This document shows positions 1 through 11,120 of a stretch of DNA of 35,945 nt, one piece after another. Below the pieces are notes generated by a model. It saw nothing but the letters and a program-made list of their open reading frames with translations, was not told the origin of the DNA and made no database searches. Positions within the stretch are counted from its first letter, which is position 1. Every line of letters begins with the position of its first letter. A program made the translations under genes and the position numbers. This DNA comes from Chiloscyllium plagiosum (Eukaryota). Location: the NCBI RefSeq assembly GCF_004010195.1, contig NW_025215314.1, positions 5,873 to 41,817 on the forward strand. The letters are read 5' to 3'.

Positions 1-2862
1 CAGTACCTTCTCCAGCAACTTCCCCACCACCGAGGTCAGGCTCACTGGTCGGTACTTACCCGGAATATCCCTACTTATATCATCGTGATCCAGACTAATC
101 AAACTTCTATCTCTAATCTCAAGATTCATCATGTTCCTCTCCTCAGTGAACACTGATGCATAGTAATCATTCAGAATCTTAACCATTCTCCCAGGTTTGG
201 CACACAGCCTTCCTTCAGTACGTTTTAGTGGACCGAACCTTTCTCCAGTTACACGCTTGCTTCTTATATAAGAATAAAATGCTTTGGAATTTTCCTTAAT
301 TCTGCTTGCTAAAGCTACATCACGACCCCTTTTTAACCCACTTGATCCCTTGTTTAAGCCTAGTCCTACTCTTCCAATATTTTTCCAGGGCCCGTTCTGT
401 TCTTAGCTGCCTCGACCTTATTTACGCTTCCCTTTTCCTCTTGGCTAGTCGTACAATATCTCCTGTCATCCACGGTTCACGAATCTTGTCCTTCCGATCC
501 TCTGCCTTCAACAGGACATGACTATCCTGCGCTATCGTTAACCAATCTTTGAAAGTCTCCCACATCTCAAATGTGGACTTCCCTTCAAACAGATGTGTCC
601 AATCCACATTTTCAAGCTCCTGCCTAATTTTGATATATTTGGCCTTGGCCCAGTTTCGAACTCTTCCCGAAGGACCACTCACATCTTTATCTATGAGTAT
701 TCTAAAACTTACAGAATTGTGGTCACTGTTCCCAAAGAAATCCCCCACCGCAACTTCGACCACTGGTCCTGGCTCGTTCCCAGTACCATTTCGGATATGG
801 CCCTTTCCCTTGTCGGATTATTGACATAGTGCTCTAGAAAACTCTCCTGGAGGCTTCGAACAACTTCTACTCCATCCAGACATCTGACGCTAAGTGTATC
901 CAAGTTAAATTTGGAAAAGTTAAAATCTACGGTCACCGCTACCCTATTGTCTGTATATCTATTCATAATCTGTTTCCCTATTTGTTCATTTCCCTCATGC
1001 TCACTGTTGGGAAGTCTGTAATACAGCCCCAACAATGTAACTGCATCCTTCTAATTTCTCAGCTCCACCCATAATGCCTCACTACCCAAGACCTCCATAG
1101 TGTCCTCCTTTAGCACAGCCGTGATATCATCCCTGACCAGCAATGCAACTCCACCCCCCCTTTTACTTCCGTCCCTGTCCTGTCTGAAGAGTCTATATCC
1201 TGGAACATTTAGTTGCCAATCATCACAGAGACTTCAACCAAGTCTCTGTGATGGCAATAATGTCATAATCACAGGCACCAATCCAAGCCCTAAGTTCATC
1301 TGCTTTACAAAATGTACTCCTTGCATTCAAGTAGATGCATTTCAGGCTACCAGTTCTTTAGCGCTCACCTGCTCTCTGCCTATTCTTCCCTTTATTAATG
1401 TTATCTTCATAATTGTTACAGTCTGCAGTCTCCACCTCACTGTCTACTTGTTTTCTCTTCTGGTTCCCAGTCCCCTGCCACATTAGTTTAAAACCTCTCC
1501 AACAGCAGTAGCAAAAACTCCCCCAAGGACATTGGTTCCGGTCTGGTTCATATGTAGACCATCCCTTTTATAATAGCCCCACCTTCCCCATAACCTGTAC
1601 CAATATCCAACAAATCTAAACCCCTCCCTCCTCCACCTTCTCTCAAGCCACGTGTTCCTCCTGCCCCTTTTTTTTCATTTGTATGCTGGCTAGCACGTGG
1701 CAATGGTAGTAATACAGAGAAAACTACCGTTGAGGTCCTCCCCTTTAAATTCTCTCCTAACTCCCTGAATTCTTCTTTCACGACCTCATCTCGATTTCTA
1801 CTTCTATCGTTGATGCCTATACCCACCAAGACAACTGGCTGTTCACCCTCCCATTTTAGAATGGTTTGCAGCCGATCAGTGACATTGCTGACCCGAACAA
1901 CTGGGAGGCAACATCCGATCCGGGAGTCCCGTTTTCGGCCACAGAACCGGCCATCTACTCGCCTCACAACAGCATCCCATCTGACTATGGCTCTACGATT
2001 CTTTTTCCCACCTTTCAGAACAGCAGTGCCTGCCACGGTGCCATGAACTTGACAACTGCTGCCCACCCCTGGGGGGCCATCTCCCCCAAAAGTATCCAAA
2101 ACGGTATACATGTTTTGGAGGGAGATGACCGCAGGGGACACCTGCACTGCCTTCTTACTTTGTTTCTGTCTTTTGGTCACCCATTCACTGTCTCCCTCAC
2201 CTGCGTGGTGACCAGTTCACGAAACGTGCTATCCACGACATCCTCAGCATCGCGGATGCACCATAGTGAGTCCATCCACAGCGCCAGAGCCGTCATCCGG
2301 TCAAACAACAGCTGGATACACTTCTTGCAAGTGTAAGAGTCAGGAACGTTAGACACGTCCCGAAGCTCCCACATCAAGCAAGAGTGACATGACACCGATC
2401 TGAGGTCCTCGCCATTGCAAGCTTAGTTTTATATGAACTAACTAAAACCAAACAATGCACTTAAATAAATGAAAAAAATGAAGATAAGAAATAAAATATT
2501 ACCTTACACGGTCTTTTCATTCCAGTTAGAGGAGGGGGGCGGGAGGGAAATACTATACGTGTAGTATCTCGGGTTGAGGCACTGCCCAAATATAAATTAA
2601 GCCCTTACCTTCCCTGCAGTCCTCGCTTCCCTCCTCGTTTTCTCCTCGCTGCTCTGACAAAATGGTGGCCCGACTCCTGAGCTAAGTCCCTTCTGCGCGA
2701 AAACTGACCCTTACCGACAGTTCTTGCTTCACTCCACCTTCTCTCCTCGCCGCTCTAGCAAAATGGAGGGCCTACTCCCGAGATAATTCCCTATTTATGC
2801 GCGAAAACGTACCCTTCCCTGCAGCCCTCGCTTCAATCCTCCTCTCCTCGCCGCTCTGGCAA
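1..2862 (-). mobile_element. CR1-clade LINE, 5' half (5'UTR, ORF1, N-terminal ORF2), degenerate
   Basis: Minus strand reads 5'UTR, then a zinc-finger-like ORF1 start (CHSC...CKKC, 2177-2395), an SGNH-esterase-like ORF1 region (decayed GDS and GIND motifs, 1548-2180), APE endonuclease motifs (LGLYYRLP, VDFNF, GNSDHN, 422-1035) and the RT-proximal GKYRPVSLTSVVGKLLEKVL at 1-60. Broken by frameshifts. Confidence 0.92.
2602..2862 (-). repeat. About 105-bp monomer array (2.5 copies) at the CR1 5' end
   Basis: Units start near 2602, 2708 and 2811 and share ccctt(a)cc...ctcctcgc(c/t)gctct...caaaatgg...gcgcgaaaac; GC/CpG-rich. Confidence 0.8.
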
Positions 2863-3216
2863 TATCATGGGGGACATGGATAGGATAAATAGACAAAGTC
2901 TTTCCCATGGGTGGGGCAAGTCCAGAACTGGAGGGCATAGTTTCAAGGTGAGAGGCGAAAGATGTAAAACAAACATAAGGGGCAACGTTTTTCACACAGA
3001 AGGTGGAGCGTGTATGGAATAAGCTGCCAAGGTGGTGGAGGCAAGTACATTTGCAACATTTAAAAGGCATCCAGATGGATATATGAATACGAAGGGTTTG
3101 GAGGGATATGGACCAGGTGCTGGCAGTTGGGACTGGATTGGATTGGGATATCTAGTCTGCATGGACGAGTGGTACCGAAGGGTCTGTTTCCGTGTGGTAC
3201 ATCTCTATGATTCTAA
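2863..3216 (+). mobile_element. CR1 LINE 3' end
   Basis: RT C-terminal coding remnant (VEASTFATFKRHPDGYMN) followed by the typical shark CR1 3' tail ggtctgtttccgtg...tctctatgattcta. Confidence 0.88.
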
Positions 3217-3258
3217 TTGTAGCCACCCAGTCAGTATAAATGAACGTCCAGTACTTGT

Positions 3259-3406
3259 CCCCATTTCTGTATTTTCAGTTTGATGTCAATAGTTCCACTC
3301 TGCCAGTTTCTTATTGCTGAGCTTCAGAAATGTTCGTGACTGATTTGCAGTGAGAGCGGAAACAAGATCATGACCACCAAGATTTGAGACGTCAGCATTT
3401 GTCAGG
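3259..3406 (-). pseudogene. NLR pseudogene LRR exon relic (RI-like LRR)
   Basis: Minus strand: acceptor ccaag| then LTNADVSNLGGHDLVSALTANQSRTFLKLSNKKL...KIQK, matching the LxxxGLTDSGAEDLVSALxxNxSLxxLxLSxNKL pattern. Frameshifted, and the donor is decayed (acaagt instead of gtaagt). Confidence 0.75.
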
Positions 3407-3426
3407 CTTGGATTTAGTGACGGAGA

Positions 3427-3468
3427 GGAATCCTGATGAAGGACTTTTGCCGAAAACATCGATTTTCC
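3427..3468 (+). ncRNA. Minimal type I hammerhead ribozyme relic in a Penelope-associated short repeat
   Basis: ggaatc-CTGATGA(3433-3439)-aggacttttgcc-GAAA(3452-3455)-acatc-gattttcc. The flanks aatc/gatt can form helix I. It is followed by the common shark tail gatgctgcctgacctgctgtgcttttccagc. Confidence 0.65.
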
Positions 3469-3729
3469 TGCTCCTTGGATGCTGCCTGACCTGCTGTGCT
3501 TTTCCAGCATCACTCTGATCTCAACTCCAGAATTCTTAATGGGTCTGACAGGATGAAAACTAACAGGAAGTTACCCCTCATGGGAAAGTCTAGAACCAGA
3601 CGACAGTCTTATTTTGGCACCCCTTTATTCTAAGGCAGAGATTAGGAGAATTTTCATCTCTCAGAAGGTTGTCTTTGGAATTCCATGCCATAGAGAGCTG
3701 GGGGACAGAATCATTGAGGCATCCAGCAT

Positions 3730-4625
3730 GTAAGTAGACCCTTCAGTCCTACCAGTCCATGCCTAACGTAAAACCAAACTAATCTGGGCGCACCTGCATG
3801 CTCCAAGCCCATATCCCTCCAAGCCTTTTGTATTCATCTACCTATCCAAATGCATTTTAAATTACAATTGTACCCACTTCCACCACTTCCTCAGGAAATT
3901 AATTGCACATGGGATTCACCTTCTGAAAAAAAAAATTGCTCTCAGGTCTTAATAAAATCTCTCTCCACTCACCTTAAAAATATAAGCCAGAATCTCGAAG
4001 TCCCCCATCCAAGGGAAAAGACAGCTACAAATTAACTCATTTTTTATAAACTTCCATCAGGTCTTTTTCCCAGTCTCCTATGATCCAATGGGAAAATTCC
4101 CAGTCTATCCAGCATTTCTTTATAACTCAAATCTTCGATACTGGTCAGCATCCTGGTAAATCTCTTCTGAACCCTCTCCAGCTTAATATCATCCTTCCTA
4201 TTACTGGGCGACCAGAACCGGACACAGTATTCCACAAGCGACCTCACCAATGTTTTGCAAAGCTTTAACGTGACTTCCAAACCCCTTGAGCTCAAAAGGC
4301 TGAGCAATGAAGGCAAGTGTGCTGAAAGCATTTTTAAACAACCTGTGTAAATGCAAACCTCAAAGATTTATGTACCTGCACCCCCAAGTCCCTGCGTTCT
4401 ACAATACTACCCAAGGCCCTATCATTATTCATTCTATAAGCCCATCCCTTGTTTGTTATACCAAAATGCAATACCTTGCATTAATCCAGATTGAATTCCA
4501 TTTACCATTTTTCAGACGATTGACCAACATCGCTTTGTAATCTGGCAAATCCTTCTTCACTGCTCTAATGCCACCAATGTTGGTGTCATTCAGAAACTTA
4601 CTAATTGTCCCCTTGTGTGTATTTA
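3730..4625 (-). mobile_element. CR1 LINE 3' portion, degenerate
   Basis: ORF fragments LKLCKTLVRSLVEYCVRFWSP...LERVQKRFTRM and ISKFLNDTNIGG (decayed FADD) on the minus strand, plus 3'UTR. Confidence 0.88.
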
Positions 4626-4631
4626 AGGCTA

Positions 4632-4915
4632 AGATAGATAGACAATAGACAATAGACAAAAGGTGCTGGAGTAGGCCATTCTGCCCTTCGAGCCTGCACC
4701 ACCATTCAATATGATCATGGCTGATCATCCTTAATCAGTATCCTATTCCTGCCTTGTCTCCATAACACTTGATTCCACAATTCTTGAGAGCTGTATCCAA
4801 CTCTTTCTTAAATGAATCCAGAGACTGGGCCTCCACTGCCCCCTGTGGCAGAGCATTCCACACAGCCACCACTCTATGGGTGAAGAAGTTTCTCCTCATC
4901 TCTGTCCTAATGGTT
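4632..4915 (-). mobile_element. CR1 LINE 3' end (different subfamily) with short-repeat tail
   Basis: agatagatagacaatagacaatagac tail followed by gtaggccattctgcccttcgagcctgcaccaccattc, a CR1-type 3'UTR in reverse. Confidence 0.75.
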
Positions 4916-5422
4916 CTTCATCATTCAGGGAATCGAGGCTCAAGGGGCTGAATGGCCTGCCACTGTTCCTATTTCTGATGGATTTATGTCATAATTATGT
5001 GTTAGAACGTTATCACTAACCACAATAATGTATAGTGTTACTTTATTATGGAATATTTTAAATATTTTAATTAATGTCACTGACATGAATGCTACGGAAT
5101 TTATGAAAATACTGATAAGAGTAATGTAGTACTGATTAATATTTCTGTCACACATTAACAATAATGTACAAAGCAATTATTGTTGAAAATGTTTCTGATA
5201 AGCATCGTCATAATGTTTAATGCCAATACTACTTCTGCTGGTTCAGTATCCTCTTTCAAATTACATAATCTCTAATACAAATAATGGGCAGCTTTATTCA
5301 TAAGTCATTACTAGCACGAAAAAAAAGTAGTGTTGTTAATGAAATAATAACTGCCAGTCGTCAACACGCAGTGCCAGATACTCAGTTCTTATAATCACAC
5401 TCTCACACAATCTGGTGCATAC

Positions 5423-5591
5423 CTTAGAAACGATATTTTATAGTTTGCCATCCACAGAGCTATAGACATTTGTTCCACTCCCAAATGATACAATTTAACA
5501 TCACTTTGGGTCAAATCCATCACTGACCAATGTGCATTGAGAGCAGAGATGAGATCCTCGGTTCCAGAATCTGACACAGACTTCATTCATG
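5423..5591 (-). pseudogene. NLR pseudogene LRR exon relic (171-nt class)
   Basis: SDSGTEDLISALNAHWSVMDLTQSDVKLYHLGVEQMSIALWMANYKISFLR, bounded by a pyrimidine tract plus ag and by the donor ag|gtatg. Length is 169 nt versus the canonical 171-nt RI-type LRR exon. Confidence 0.82.
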
Positions 5592-5949
5592 CTCGAAATT
5601 GAACCAAACAAGGGAAATAATGGAAAGGAGAAAAGATAGCATGTGCAAACTTCAGTAGGGATAAGAATACTGCAGCTATCAATATACAGTATTTACAGTA
5701 TGAAGAGCAAAGTTACTGATAGGAGTATATTTGTACGATTATCAATTCTAAAAAAAGTGAACAGTATTTAACAACACAAGTACCACACCATTTTTATCAA
5801 ATGTAATATACAGTGTTTATCATTCTCAACGAGTACTGTACATAAGGTATCACTGATATTAATAACGTGCAGTGGATTTTGATCATTACCAATACCGTAC
5901 ATTGTCGGACAATGTCAAACACAGTGCAACAAAGACGGGTACATCGTGC

Positions 5950-6005
5950 AGTGTGTGTTTTTTACAGTTTGTATTCCTCAGTCACAGACAGTCTTTTCAC
6001 TGGTC
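5950..6005 (-). pseudogene. Partial LRR exon relic
   Basis: Minus strand reads VKRLSV then (frameshift) RNTNCKKHTL, resembling VKLLSAALRNPDCKIQKL. Confidence 0.45.
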
Positions 6006-6258
6006 GGGATACAGAATACAGGAGATTGTCCAGTTCTTCTGTACCCACTTACAGCCAATTCAGAGTATGATTCTTTGGTGGGCTTTGAAGAGCTGGCACA
6101 TATAATGCCATCTGTTTTACCTCTCCACTCTTATCCAATTCCACTTTCACTGTTTGCTATTCATGTCTTTACTGATTCACTTAAACTGGCACACATTTTA
6201 TCCAGTGCACAGTGTCAGACATCGAGTCATTATAAACAGTTCACATTCTTCTACTTGC

Positions 6259-6344
6259 TCCAGTCCCTGTATTGTGCAGTTCGATTTCCTCTCAGCCACA
6301 TATGTAATTTCATTCCTGAATCTGTCGGGTCATTACTCTGGAGA
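6259..6344 (-). pseudogene. NLR pseudogene single-LRR exon relic, copy B
   Basis: ctttgtttag| LQSNDPTDSGMKL..(frameshift)..ERKSNCTIQGLE |gcaagt; 86 nt, one short of an 87-nt LRR exon. Confidence 0.75.
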
Positions 6345-6671
6345 CTAAACAAAGATAGCGAGAAACATATTTATTCAAACCAAACTTTATGCAAAATTTA
6401 TGTCTCCAATATTACAGTAAACACGAAAAGATCAAATGAGAGTTTCTTTGATGTAAAAATACAATTTAACAGGGCAAATTAGAAGTTTCTACTGCAATTA
6501 ATAAACGGCAAGTCAAAATGAGATTTGACTAAAGACCAATTTCTGGAGATACACCTCACCCAATTTCAATGGAATTTCAACTCCCAAGCCAATGGAACAG
6601 GGAAACAAGCGCAAAATGGATTGACTGTCAGACATCGAGTCATTATAAACAGTTCACATTCTTCTACTTGC

Positions 6672-6757
6672 TCCAGTCCCTGTATTGTGCAGTTCGATTT
6701 CCTCTCAGCCACATATGTAATTTCATTCCTGAATCTGTCGGGTCATTACTCTGGAGA
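6672..6757 (-). pseudogene. NLR pseudogene single-LRR exon relic, copy A
   Basis: Same sequence as 6259-6344, offset by 413 bp. Confidence 0.75.
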
Positions 6758-7089
6758 CTAAACAAAGGTAGCGAGAAACATATTTATTCAAACCAAACTT
6801 TATGCAAAATTTGTGTCTCCAATATTACAGTAAACACGAAAAGATCAAATGAGAGTTTCTTTGATGTAAAAATACAATTTAACAGGGCAAATTAGAAGTT
6901 TCTACTGCAATTAATAAATGGCAAGTCAAAATGAGATTTGACTAAAGACCAATTTCTGGAGATACACCTCACCCAATTTCAATGGAATTTCAACTCCCAA
7001 GCCAATGGAACAGGGAAACAAGCACAAAATGGATTGGCTGTCAATTTACTATCTTAAGCTGTGGTGAAGTCTGATATCTCGCAGACTCA

Positions 7090-7350
7090 CAGAATTGCAA
7101 AAGTGCAGGAAGAGACCATTTGGCCCATTGTTCCTGCACTGCTTTCCAAATGAGCATCATTACTCGTGTTAATCACCTGCTTTCCCCACCACATACCATT
7201 GCACATCATTTCTAGCTAAATAATAATCCAGTGCCGTGTTGAATGCCTCGATTGAATCTGCCCCCACCATATTACTAGACAACATACTCCATACACCAGC
7301 TATTTGCTAAGTGAAGAAGTTTTTCCTCACTTCACCTTTGCTTCTTTTGC
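7090..7350 (-). mobile_element. Old CR1 3' end fragment
   Basis: gcaggaagagaccatttggcccatt...gtgaagaagtttttcctcac resembles the reverse of the CR1 3' region. Confidence 0.6.
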
Positions 7351-8684
7351 AATTGACCTCTTTTGACATTTATTAAATACTTGGATCTTCTGCAAAGCAA
7401 CAATCAATGGGCTGCCAACAGCTCAAACATTTCCATTCCATATGTTATTTGGTATTTCTTGGAGTGTCGTTTCAGCCTGGCTTCTCCAGAAGTGAAAAGT
7501 CTCCTATCCATAGATGTCTTTGTTGATATGCTGTAGGCTCAAGGGAAGCGGAAGACAACTCATTTTGGCAACAGCTTTGTGCCTGTGTCAGTGTCTGTGT
7601 CTGCCTGAAAGAACAACTGAATCAGCGAGTGAGTGAATGAATGAATGAATGGACTGCAACAGTTCAAAAATGCCGAGTACTACTCGCCTCCTGAGGGCAA
7701 CTAGGGATGGGCGATAAATAGCCACATCTTGTGAGTGAGTTCACAAAAGGGCAAGGTGGGCATCTGGGTGAGGTAAGTGGCTAGAGTAGCAGGTTAGGAG
7801 AATTGTGGGTGCAGAGGGTGGCAGGTTCCTGAGGATAGTCAAAATTAGTCAGAATGGATCAGAAGATAGTCAGTTCAAGGACGAGACAAATCTGGCGAAA
7901 GAGTGCACTCAGACTGAGGGTTAATTTTATGTGTTTGCGTGAAGTTCACTCACATTGTTGTCCATGTTGAGTTACCTCTAACTGGTGTAAAGTTCAGTTA
8001 AAATGAGCTGAATAAAATAATCTGTGTTTGCGATCTTCCCTCATAGGACCCATAAATACCTATCCCTTTCAACTTCCTTCAACCATCTCTTGTGGGTCCC
8101 GAGCCTTATTTGGACTGGATTTAATTAAGCTCATTGACACGTTCCTGCTTGAATTCCTCTGTTAAATAGCAGTTCTGATCCAGAAACGAAAAACATCACT
8201 GTTGCTGCTGCTAACCCGTGTGCTGTTGTGTGGTTGCTTTGTGTAGACATTAGAGCATCCCCGCTTAAATGGTGTTGGTGTAGGACGCACTGGTGATGCT
8301 GACTTTGTGTATTTGTCTTTGTTCCAGTCTTACTCAGCTACCTTGTAACAGCCAGTACTGTGGTGACTATCTTTACGCCATCCCCTTCAATCAGCTCGAT
8401 ATTGAGTAACTTTACAGACGTGTTTTCAGTTTCCACAAATGCCCTTTATTCGATGGACCTTCTTTGGTACCTATCTCCAGTCTTTACTTTCTCCAATTCC
8501 ATTTCAGGCAATTGCCTCCTTGTCAATATCAAGCTCACAGACTCCCATACCTATCATGCTCCCCACCCCATCGCCTTTTCCTTGTCCTGTTGATACAACT
8601 GTCCAAGCTAGTGCTTCAGAAATATTGCTCAGTCCCTTCCTTAAACCGATCTCTTTGCTAGTATGGTCAATAACAAAGGAGGAC

Positions 8685-9175
8685 ACCTGAGATTACAAAG
8701 GGATCTTGATCGATTAGGAATATAGGCTGAGGAATGTTAGATGACGTTTAATGCATTTTTGTACAGTAACCAAGGGCAGGACTTAATCAGTTAATGGTGG
8801 AGTCCTGGGTATTGTTTCGAACAGAGACTGAGGGTCTGGGGTGAGGAGATGGCAGGTGCAGGCCAAACTTTCATGGAGGTTGGCCAAGGGCAGGACTTAA
8901 TCAGTTAATGGTGGAGTCCTGGGTATTGTTTCGAACAGAGACTGAGGGTCTGGGGGTGAGGAGATGGCAGGTGCAGGCCAAACTTTCATGGAGGTTGGCT
9001 TGTGTTCAGAATGAGCAGCCAGAGGAACATGTCTGGACAGGTACGTGAATCGGAAAGTTTCAGAGGGATGTCAGCCAAACGCAGACAAATCAGACTAGTT
9101 TAGTTTGGTAAACCTGGTCGGTTTGGATTAGTTGCGATAAACGATCTGTTGTTTTCATGCTGTATGACTCCATGA
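8685..9175 (+). mobile_element. CR1 fragments (internally deleted) ending in 3' tail
   Basis: gattacaaagggatcttgatcga... RT remnant; ends tgctgtatgactccatga. Confidence 0.65.
8770..8998. repeat. 114-bp direct tandem duplication
   Basis: ccaagggcaggacttaatcag...catggaggttgg at 8770 and 8884, differing by one G in a G-run. Confidence 0.95.
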
Positions 9176-9724
9176 TTGCAAGATTTTGGAGAGATATAGT
9201 ATTCATGTAATGACTGTGAAGTCAGATTTCTAATCTCACAGGAGTAAAGACGACGCGTCATACTATCTTTTTCCTGGATAACTAATCAAGTAAATGCATC
9301 AAGACTGGCAAACTCTGCTCTAGCTCAGAGTTACAGTTTTCAACAGAGAGTCACCTGTAGAATGTGACTTAACAATTAAAATGTTCCAATTTCACGGAAA
9401 ATTCACACCAAGGTCAACGCTTCAGATCTTCCACAAAATCCCAACTTCCATCTTCGGTCATAATGTCTGGACTAATGTACTGTCACCTGTAAAACCGCTC
9501 AATGCCCCTCGTTTTACTCTAAATTCCTTATCAGAATTATTCTCCAAGATATTAATGATCAAGACTGGAAAATTTGATTTATTTCTGTTTCTTGTTAAAT
9601 TTCAATCTCCGTTAAAGAGACAACATAACCTTCCCATCTGGCAGTTCTGGTGACCCTCCTGTAGGAAGAATATTACTAAACTAGAGAAGATTCAGAAAAG
9701 ATTTAAGAACCAAAATAACATTAC

Positions 9725-11120
9725 CTCAATACTTGGCATTCGGAAGTCAGATACGGGAATCCTTCAGAATTGTCATGTATATAGAGTGGTTTGATTGTGC
9801 CATAGAATTCAATGACATTCCACAGTCCACAGGAGCCAGCCACAATCCATCAAGCTTATCTTCCTTGCTATGGGCTTCACAGAGGAGCTTCTCGATGTCC
9901 CTGAGATCTGGGGTCAGGCATTGTGCTAGTGCAGGTACAAACTCTTGGATAGGGAGGTGTGGGAATGTGTAAACCACACGATGCACAGAATCATCTCTCT
10001 CCAACAGTTCCATCAGGAACCAAGACAGGAACTTCATTCCTGAACTTCCTCTCCAGACTCCTGTGAAAGCCACCTCACCAAGCTTCAGTAATACAGCACT
10101 GGCGTCTTCAATCTATCAGGCATGTTTTTTCACAATGTTATTACTTCAGGAAGAACATAGTTGGTGATGACCTTGGCAACCTACTGCAGTTTTCTGTCTT
10201 CTTTCTGTGAAACAAGGGCTCACAAACAGACCGAGGTTCCATTAGTGCGAATGGTTTCAGCCCATTTTATATAGGATCTTGTTCTCCTTCATTTGTTTGA
10301 AAAAAGCTGCTGCTATCATCTGATCGAAAAAAATCCGTTGAAATATTCTTTCGGCTCATAACCAACAAATCTCAGGATTTCAGCCCAGACACTGATCTCA
10401 GCCATTTCCAATCAATGAGACAGCTGACCATTAGCACTGAACATCCTGGGAGGAGCTTGTGCTGGGTTAAACTGTGTACACAGTGTCAGACACTGTTGCG
10501 CCAGCATTCAGGATCAATGCACATGAGCTGACGGTGCATATTTCAGATGGTCAGAAAAATCGATACTGTCTTTGAATTCTTCAACACCATCAAATATAAA
10601 CAGCAAGCCCTCTGGATTCTTCCAGACCTCTTCCATAACATTCCTAAAGGAAGGATACTGTTCCAGCATCAGGTTCTTCAGGTTTATTCCATAATTAATA
10701 ACATTCAAATCCCAAAATTTAAAACTGAATTAAAATGTAAATTCTGGATATATTTTCCCAGTAGCCCATTTTCTACCATTGTTGTTTTTCCAGTCCCTGG
10801 GTTCACAATAACTGCTACCGTACTCCCAGATATGCAAGTTCCCTGGGGAAATAAAACTGCTCTGGAACAACTGATCATTTTGTATTTTTATTTCCATTTC
10901 TCCCCAGAGTTGTTTTTCTCTCCACTCTTCATGGTCTCAGCTTCTTACCAGAAGTTCATCTTCTCTAAATGTCCAATCTCGTACATTAGTGATAAACATT
11001 ATCTCAGCATATCGATCAACTATCTGGAAAATCGTCACCTTCTCCTTTCTTACGATAGTGAACACTCAGCTTTTTAGTTTGTACCAGAACTATCTCGTTG
11101 TGTTTCTGTTGAACACCTTC
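9725..11120 (-). pseudogene. NLR (NACHT-LRR, NLRC3/NLRP-like) pseudogene, large NACHT exon
   Basis: Walker A relic VAVIVNPGTGKTTMV (GKTT at 10780-10791), WATGKIYPEF, Walker B LLFIFDGVEEF, winged-helix VYTFPHLPIQEFVPALAQ, and terminal ECQVLR followed by the donor gtaatg at 9724. Multiple frameshifts, an in-frame stop and deletions. Confidence 0.93.

Larger units (their letters stand above)
6213..7043. repeat. 413-bp direct tandem duplication
   Basis: 6213-6625 and 6626-7038 are near-identical (about 5 transitions seen). tgtca microhomology at 6213, 6626 and 7039. Confidence 0.97.

Noticed and set aside
4980..5340. Very AT-rich stretch
   Set aside because: Consistent with ordinary intron between LRR exons; no periodicity or structure seen.
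5946..6482. 178-aa plus-strand ORF and its duplicate at 6569-6895
   Set aside because: No recognisable motif; antisense to LRR exon relics, and its repetition is explained by the 413-bp duplication.
10547..11077. 176-aa plus-strand ORF
   Set aside because: Antisense shadow of the NACHT exon.
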